Below are positions 57,791-64,000 of a stretch of 64,000 nucleotides of DNA, piece after piece. The position numbers and the translations under genes were made by a program. Origin of the DNA: Bacillota bacterium (GTDB lineage Bacteria; Bacillota_I; Bacilli_A; RF39; UBA660). Where the stretch lies: NCBI GenBank assembly GCA_015059425.1, contig SVAM01000001.1, positions 28,027 through 92,026 on the forward strand, read 5' to 3'. The notes under the pieces were generated by a model that saw only the letters and a list, made by a program, of their open reading frames with translations, searched no databases and had not been told where the DNA came from. Position 1 is the first letter of the stretch. Every line of letters starts with the position of its first letter.

Positions 57791-59634
57791 TAATTACTCA
57801 CCCCTTCTACTACATATGGACTTGTTGATGTTCCTTCACCCTTTAAGATTAAATCTGCCCTTAAATTAATTACAGGTCTCACACCATAAGAAGTTTCTGT
57901 TTTATTATTACTTAGTTTTGCACCGTTAACAAATACTCTTGCATAAGATTCATATCTATTAGGAGTCATTGTCCAATAATATTGACTAGAATACAAATAA
58001 TATGAAGTGTTATTTACATCATATACTCCACCGGCATATGCTACTTCATCAGCTGTTATTAACCCTAGGGGATAAGTTAATTCTCTATTACCAGTACTTG
58101 CAGTATTAGAAGTAAAAAGATCATTTTCATTTTCACAATTAAATGTAGGAATATTTGAATTAGTGCTACTCATAACTCTTAATTGTGCTTTATAACTTGA
58201 AGTAGTTGCCCCAACTCCCGCTCCACTAGCAACACTTCTATCATTACAAAAACCAGCATTTTTATCAATATATTCTTCATTACTTGCTAATTTAGTAGTA
58301 TAAAAATTTTCTAAAACACCTTTAATTGTGGAACTTTCGGTATTACCATGCATCATATTAACAGTGTATTTATATCCAGTATATTCAGCTATAGTTGAAG
58401 AATCATTATATTTGCTTGTTGTATACGAAAGACTTGCCCCGCTTGCTGTTGCTGAAGTACCAGCATATATCATTCTTATAGTACCATCATAATTTATTCT
58501 TATAATTCGCCAATAATATCCAGCGAATTTTACATAATTATCAGTTGGCGCTCCTGCAAAATAATAAGTATTTCCATCATTTTCTTCTGCTTCATATATT
58601 ACTCCAGTAGTGCTACTAGTTATTGTATTAGTAAATTCAGTTTTTGTTTGACTTCTTGTTGAAATAGTCTTACCTTCTAAGATTGCTTGACAAGAGGTAC
58701 CACATGTTCTATCAAAATATAACTCACATTGGTTGCTACCAGTTAAACTATTTAAACTAATTTCCCATTTATCTTCATCCCAAATTAATGTAGTATTTTC
58801 GCCACAAGTACTTTTATTTTCGTTTAAAACATAGCCTTCACCTTTTTGAGGAATAGTACTGCTTTGTACATATTCATTATTACTATCATGTTTATAAATT
58901 TTAGTAAAAGATATATCAGCTAATTGCGTTCCATTTTTTTCAACAGTTACTTCTCCACTAAATTCACAAGTTTCATCATTATCACATAACATATCATTGT
59001 TTTGAGATCCTTCTTTGTTTGGATATTCAAGAACTACATAGTAATATACAACTGTCGGATTGTCCTTAGTAGTAATAATTGTTTCATTCTCTACTAATGT
59101 AAAAGTTTGCAAAGACATTTTACCTGGGATTACATTTCCTGATGTTTGTACAGTTTCTAAATTTTCAAATCCTGTACGCTCACAAGTTTCATATATTTTT
59201 TTATTACCTAAAGATGCACTCTCTTCTTTAATTTCACATGCTATGCTTGGACTAGGACTAGAGGGTTCATCTCCCTCATATTTATATACATAATAATTAA
59301 GATCTGTTTCTAAGCCATTAAAACCATTCCACACCAATTTAAATTCAGCACTAGAGCCATTTCCTTCAGCAGTGACCTTGATAACAGCAACATTTTGATG
59401 TCCTGGAAAAATACCAGTATAACCTTCAAATGTATCTTCATCATCTTCAAAGTTTAAAACCCCTTCAACAGTTATTTGGACTCCATCTATTTCCCTCATA
59501 CTACCATAAACTTTAGAACCATTTCCTTTAAAATTTATTTCGCCTATAAAATATGAATAACTTACTCCGATAATAATCGCAAAAACTGCGATTAACACTA
59601 ATAATAAGATACTTTTTTTATTCATTAATATCAT
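57790..59634 (-). CDS. Secreted/anchored modular protein, paralogue 1 of 3 (614 aa).
   Basis: It has an N-terminal TM helix and the blocks NYVKFAGYYWRIIRINYDGTIRMIY, YYWTMTPN and GVRPVINL...SPYVV. Confidence 0.5.
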   Translation of the reverse strand: MILMNKKSILLLVLIAVFAIIIGVSYSYFIGEINFKGNGSKVYGSMREIDGVQITVEGVLNFEDDEDTFEGYTGIFPGHQNVAVIKVTAEGNGSSAEFKLVWNGFNGLETDLNYYVYKYEGDEPSSPSPSIACEIKEESASLGNKKIYETCERTGFENLETVQTSGNVIPGKMSLQTFTLVENETIITTKDNPTVVYYYVVLEYPNKEGSQNNDMLCDNDETCEFSGEVTVEKNGTQLADISFTKIYKHDSNNEYVQSSTIPQKGEGYVLNENKSTCGENTTLIWDEDKWEISLNSLTGSNQCELYFDRTCGTSCQAILEGKTISTRSQTKTEFTNTITSSTTGVIYEAEENDGNTYYFAGAPTDNYVKFAGYYWRIIRINYDGTIRMIYAGTSATASGASLSYTTSKYNDSSTIAEYTGYKYTVNMMHGNTESSTIKGVLENFYTTKLASNEEYIDKNAGFCNDRSVASGAGVGATTSSYKAQLRVMSSTNSNIPTFNCENENDLFTSNTASTGNRELTYPLGLITADEVAYAGGVYDVNNTSYYLYSSQYYWTMTPNRYESYARVFVNGAKLSNNKTETSYGVRPVINLRADLILKGEGTSTSPYVVEGVSN

Positions 59635-59780
59635 TCCATTCTTTTTACTATATACATTAAAGCATAGAGTCTTCTACTATATGTAATAATTATAAAATAT
59701 TATTAAATTTTTATCAATAGATTTAGTTTAAATATTTTATAATTTACAAAAAAATACAATTTGAAAATATAAAAAAAACT

Positions 59781-60323
59781 TTAGTTTTTTACTAAAGCTT
59801 TCTTTTTGCAATATTCATATACATAATTTGTAGTTTTACAATCATCTACACTACGATGAGAAACATAATTTAGTTTAAAATATTTTTTCAATGTTTCTAG
59901 CTTATGATTATAAGCTTTTGGAATATATTTTTTGGCTAATTCTAATGTATCAATATTTTTGTTAGTTATCATAGGTAAATTCAACTCTAAAATATTTTCT
60001 TCAATAAATGATAAATCAAAACTAGAATTGTGCGCTATTAAAGTTAAATCTTCTATAAAATTAATAAATTTGGGCAGAGCCTCTTTTATAGTCAACTCAT
60101 TTTTTACCAAACTATTATCTATACCTGTAATATTTGTTATAACTTCTGGTATATCGCATTCTGGATTTATTAAAACGCTAAATTCATCTACTAGCTCATT
60201 ATTTTTATATTTTAATGCACCAATCTCAATTATTTTAGAATCATTAGGTTCTAAGCCTGTTGTTTCTAAATCAAAAACTACATAATCAGACACAAAATTT
60301 GTTTCTTTATTTAAAGATATCAT
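59781..60323 (-). CDS. DEDDh 3'-5' exonuclease (DnaQ/epsilon-like).
   Basis: Exo I (FDLETTGLEP), Exo II (LIAHNSSFDLSFI) and Exo III (YVSHRSVDD). Confidence 0.75.
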   Translation of the reverse strand: MISLNKETNFVSDYVVFDLETTGLEPNDSKIIEIGALKYKNNELVDEFSVLINPECDIPEVITNITGIDNSLVKNELTIKEALPKFINFIEDLTLIAHNSSFDLSFIEENILELNLPMITNKNIDTLELAKKYIPKAYNHKLETLKKYFKLNYVSHRSVDDCKTTNYVYEYCKKKALVKN

Positions 60324-60895
60324 ATTAATTCCTCGATTAAAGTATAAACCTCTTCTTTTCCTTTTTTTGACACAGTTGAAAATGGTATAAACTCTTCTTC
60401 TAATTTTAATGTATCTTTAATAATTTTATTTTGTTTATCACGGCCATTTTTACCAACTTTATCATATTTAGTTGCTATAATCTTTACAGGCAAGTCATAA
60501 TATTTTAAAAATTCATACATTAATACATCATCTTCTGTAGGTTTATGACGATAATCAATTAGTAGAAATACACATTTCAAATTTTCACGACATTTTAAAT
60601 AATCTTCTATCATTACTCCAAATTTCTTTTGTCTTTCTTTACTAACAGATGCATATCCATAACCAGGAACATCTACTAAATAAAAATTATTGTTAACTAA
60701 ATAAAAATTTAATGTTTGTGTTTTTCCAGGTTTAGACGAAGTATGAGCAAAGTTTTTGCGATTAACTAAAGTGTTAATGAAACTTGATTTCCCTACATTA
60801 CTTCTTCCTACTAATAAAAATTCTGGTAAATTACTTTCTGGATATTGGCTAGTTCTAACTGCCATACACGAAAGTTCTACATTGTCTATTTGCAT
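60320..60895 (-). CDS. engB: Ribosome biogenesis GTP-binding protein EngB/YsxC.
   Basis: G1 GRSNVGKSSFINTL, G3 DVPGYG, G4 TKYDK. Confidence 0.85.
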   Translation of the reverse strand: MQIDNVELSCMAVRTSQYPESNLPEFLLVGRSNVGKSSFINTLVNRKNFAHTSSKPGKTQTLNFYLVNNNFYLVDVPGYGYASVSKERQKKFGVMIEDYLKCRENLKCVFLLIDYRHKPTEDDVLMYEFLKYYDLPVKIIATKYDKVGKNGRDKQNKIIKDTLKLEEEFIPFSTVSKKGKEEVYTLIEELI

Positions 60896-60976
60896 TTAAT
60901 AATCACCACAAACATTATATTATATTTTATTTTTTTTTGCAAATATATAAAAATTAAAAAAGAATAATAACTTTTT

Positions 60977-61165
60977 TTATTTATTATCCTTCTTTATATT
61001 ACACATTTTTTTTATAATTTTATCTTCATTATATTCTTCTTTATTTTTATATAAAATATTATTTCCAAACTCATTTAATATACCATATTTAATATAATTT
61101 ATTTTTTCATCACTTTCGTTATAACTTTTATAATATTGGTTTATTTCTTTCATAACTTTCACCAT
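60977..61165 (-). CDS. Hypothetical small protein (62 aa). Doubtful.
   Basis: ORF only. Confidence 0.2.
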   Translation of the reverse strand: MVKVMKEINQYYKSYNESDEKINYIKYGILNEFGNNILYKNKEEYNEDKIIKKMCNIKKDNK

Positions 61166-61191
61166 TATTATAATGTTCTAAAAAATACTTA

Positions 61192-63360
61192 TTATTCTAA
61201 TTTTAAATTCACTTCTAATATTTTATTTTTATCTATAATAGAACCTTCTAAAATATTAAAATTACTAACTGTACCATAACCACTGAATTTATACTTTAAA
61301 CCAATTAAGTTACAAAAATTCATAACTTCACTACTACTCCAACTTTTGATATTTGGCATTATGTATTCATTAGAATCTGTTTGTAAAAATATTTTACTCC
61401 CTGCTAAAACTTCGGTATTTTTTATTGGAAATTGATTTATGACATTGGAACCATTCCCTATAGTAATAACATCTAGACCTAAATCATTTATACGTTTACT
61501 AGCTTCATTTGTATCTGAACTAATATAATTATCTACATTTATTATTTTAGAATAATCTATATCTGTATCATTATTTGTAATATTAGCATAGTTAGCAATA
61601 CTTTCTACTGCATTAGTTACAACATTTGCTAAAGCTGTTACTCCACCATCTAATTGCTTAGCAGATACATATATTATATATTTAGGATCTTCATAAGGGA
61701 AAACTCCAGCAAAACTTCTTATGTAATTTATATCACCAGTTAAATATCCTCCATTTGAACTAGCAATTTGTGCAGTACCAGTTTTACCAGCTAAAGTAAC
61801 ATTATTTGGTTGCCAAATAGTAGTTAAACCATTATATACAACATCATACATTAAAGTATTAATTTTACTTATAGATTCACTAGAGACTTTTTTGCCTAAT
61901 TCTGTTTTTTTACCATCATAAGTTACATTGCCTTTGTCATCCACTATTTTATCTACTATATAAGGTTTTAACATTACACCATCATTAGTTAAAATACTTA
62001 ATGCTTGTAAAGTTTGAATCGGCGTTGTAGTTATACCTTGGCCAAATGAAGCACTGGCAAGTTCTGATTCATAAGTAAGTTTAATAATACCACTCTCTTC
62101 GCCTGGAAGTTCAATTCCAGTTTTAGAACCAAAACCTAACTTTTCATAAAATTCTTTAAGTTTTACGTTACCTAGCTCTAGTGCAAGTTTAGTTGCCGCA
62201 ACATTTGATGAATATGCAAATCCTGTATCATAACTTATTTTACCCCAACCTTTATAATTAAAGTCTTTAATAGTTGCTCCTGCTATCTTAATTGTACCAG
62301 ATTCAAATTCATCTTCACCATTATATATTCCATTTTCCATTGCTGCTAACCATGAAAATATTTTCATAGTTGATCCCGGTTCATATGTATAACCTACTAA
62401 AGGATTAACATAATTAGTAAGATCTTCTAAAGTATTAGGATTAAAATTAGGGCTTGATGCACTACCTACAATCGCTCCAGTTTTTGCATCCATTACCGAA
62501 AAAGTAAACCAACCCATATTATATTTATCTTCAAGTGTATGCACTGCATCTTCTAATATTAATTGGATTTGTGTATCTAATGTTAAATAAATATCACTTC
62601 CACTTATTGGTTCAGTAGTATAGGCATCTCCCATTTGATATCCATAAGCATCTCTTTGGTATTCTGTATGGCCATCTGTACCCTTTAATTTATCATTATA
62701 ATAACCTTCAACACCCATTTCCCCAACAATTTCACCTTCATCATTATTTTTAGCATAACCAACAATATATGAAGCCATTTTAGATTTTTTATAATATCTT
62801 TTACTTCCTACTATAAAATCTATTCCTGGTAAATCTAAAGCATCGATAGCTACCTTAGTATTTTCCGATAAATTTTTACCCTTAACACCAAATTCTACTT
62901 GATAAGCTCCTTTTACATTTAATCTTGCTAAAGCATATTCATAATCCATACCTAATACTTCTGATAATGCTTTGGCAGTTCCTTCTTTATCTACAACATG
63001 TTCTGGATTATCTGGATCTGTTGTTCTAGATTCACTTAAATAAGCAATTAAAGTATATGAATTAACGTTTTGAGCTATGATATCACCATTTACATCATAT
63101 ATATTACCACGTGATGCATATAAAGTTTTCTTAACTGTATTTCTATTATTTGCAAATACAGTTAAATTTACGCCATCTACATTTTTACTTAAAGATACAA
63201 ATAATACTTTACCAATAGCTCCAACAAAGCACAAAAAAAAGATCATGATAAATATTTTACTTACTTTTATGCGTGATCTTTTATTTTTCATAGTAACTCT
63301 CCTAATCATTAATTGTTTTAATATTACTATTATTATAAGACAAACCATTCTTAGATGCAA
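61192..63360 (-). CDS. Class B penicillin-binding protein of the dcw cluster (FtsI/PBP2B/SpoVD family) with C-terminal PASTA domains.
   Basis: It has a TM anchor, a dimerisation domain, SxxK (YEPGSTMK), SSN, KTG(T) and two PASTA repeats. The gene follows ftsL. Confidence 0.85.
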   Translation of the reverse strand: MHLRMVCLIIIVILKQLMIRRVTMKNKRSRIKVSKIFIMIFFLCFVGAIGKVLFVSLSKNVDGVNLTVFANNRNTVKKTLYASRGNIYDVNGDIIAQNVNSYTLIAYLSESRTTDPDNPEHVVDKEGTAKALSEVLGMDYEYALARLNVKGAYQVEFGVKGKNLSENTKVAIDALDLPGIDFIVGSKRYYKKSKMASYIVGYAKNNDEGEIVGEMGVEGYYNDKLKGTDGHTEYQRDAYGYQMGDAYTTEPISGSDIYLTLDTQIQLILEDAVHTLEDKYNMGWFTFSVMDAKTGAIVGSASSPNFNPNTLEDLTNYVNPLVGYTYEPGSTMKIFSWLAAMENGIYNGEDEFESGTIKIAGATIKDFNYKGWGKISYDTGFAYSSNVAATKLALELGNVKLKEFYEKLGFGSKTGIELPGEESGIIKLTYESELASASFGQGITTTPIQTLQALSILTNDGVMLKPYIVDKIVDDKGNVTYDGKKTELGKKVSSESISKINTLMYDVVYNGLTTIWQPNNVTLAGKTGTAQIASSNGGYLTGDINYIRSFAGVFPYEDPKYIIYVSAKQLDGGVTALANVVTNAVESIANYANITNNDTDIDYSKIINVDNYISSDTNEASKRINDLGLDVITIGNGSNVINQFPIKNTEVLAGSKIFLQTDSNEYIMPNIKSWSSSEVMNFCNLIGLKYKFSGYGTVSNFNILEGSIIDKNKILEVNLKLE

Positions 63361-63601
63361 TATCTTGAATGTTATCTATTGAAGCAAGTTCATCAATTTG
63401 CATACCTAAAGCTTCATTTGTTTTTGTTTGTCTATTTATTTTACTTTCAATTCGTTCAAGTTCAATACTAGTTTCAGAAAGTAAGGCTTTAGTATAAACC
63501 CAAGATGTAGGCATAATTATAAAACCAAATAATATAAGTAGAAAAAACATAAATTTTTCACCTTTTAATAATTTAATCCTTTTTACTCTTTTTGTTCTCA
63601 T
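63302..63601 (-). CDS. ftsL: Cell division protein FtsL.
   Basis: It is a small bitopic protein with a TM helix (FMFFLLILFGFIIMP) and a coiled coil. It sits between rsmH and the PBP gene. Confidence 0.6.
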   Translation of the reverse strand: MRTKRVKRIKLLKGEKFMFFLLILFGFIIMPTSWVYTKALLSETSIELERIESKINRQTKTNEALGMQIDELASIDNIQDIASKNGLSYNNSNIKTIND

Positions 63602-63604
63602 AAC

Positions 63605-64000
63605 TATAACCTTTCTATTACTCTTAGTTTAGCACTCTTACTCCTACTATTTTCACTTATTTCTATTTCGCTTGGCAAAATAGGTTTTTTATTTATTAAC
63701 TTTATTAAAGGCTTATATTCTTCTGGAATATCAGATTCAGGTAAACCTTTAAAAATTTCGTTTGTTTCACTAAAACTTTTAAATATGTTCTTAACTATTC
63801 TATCCTCTAGCGAATGAAAAGTTATAACACATATTCTTCCACCTTTTTTTAATTTTTTAATTGCTAGAGGTAAAGCTACCTCAATTGCTTTAAGCTCATT
63901 ATTAACTTCAATTCTTATCGCTTGAAATATTTCCCTTTCAGGGTGTTTTTTAAAGAAATAATTAGCCCCTACACTAGATTTAATTATTTCTACTAATTCA
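63605..64000 (-). CDS. rsmH: 16S rRNA (cytosine1402-N4)-methyltransferase RsmH/MraW. Only the C-terminal part is in the window; the 5' end lies beyond the right edge.
   Basis: The minus-strand tail reads ...LEDRIVKNIFKSFSETNEIFKGLPESDIPEEYKPLIKLINKKPILPSEIEISENSRSKSAKLRVIERL-stop. Confidence 0.7.

Overview
This window is AT-rich (about 20-33% GC locally) and comes from an endospore-forming low-GC Firmicute chromosome. Gene order in the right ~47 kb is Bacillus-like: rsmH-ftsL-pbp (dcw cluster), nusA-ylxR-infB-rbfA-truB, dacB-spmA-spmB, mreC-mreD-spoIVFA-spoIVFB ... rplU-prp-rpmA, nusB / xseA / xseB, mutS, proS, spoIVB-like, ezrA. The left ~16.3 kb is an accessory, mobile-looking region. It contains a large serine recombinase that runs off the left edge, one intact small serine recombinase (resolvase/invertase) and two scrambled resolvase remnants, and a bipartite non-coding module repeated three times. 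It also contains a membrane-anchored papain-like cysteine peptidase, XRE and CarD-family regulators, a MATE efflux pump fused to a cytidylate-kinase-like domain, and three higher-GC hypothetical genes. The region ends with a Type I-like HsdM-HsdS fusion adenine methyltransferase. The terminator of that methyltransferase abuts a SpoVD/FtsI-like PBP gene that is cut off exactly after its SxxK active-site motif. I infer that an intervening element bearing the serine recombinase has split a sporulation PBP gene. Other observations I rate highly are: (i) a type III toxin-antitoxin locus (a ToxN/AbiQ-like toxin gene preceded by a terminator and about 4 tandem ~38-nt repeats, i.e. a ToxI-like RNA) wedged between mutS and nusB; (ii) a compositionally distinct (~18-23% GC) four-gene block next to ezrA that encodes a Nudix hydrolase and a protein with a RelE/HigB-like C-terminus; (iii) a +1 frameshift at a T8 homopolymer that splits a membrane protein gene; (iv) three tandem paralogous modular secreted proteins; (v) a 564-aa protein built of ~36-aa 'NAPI' tandem repeats inserted in the spoIVFB-rplU neighbourhood; and (vi) two extra small genes inserted between xseA and xseB. 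All calls rest on reading the sequence and remembered family motifs. No database searches were run.
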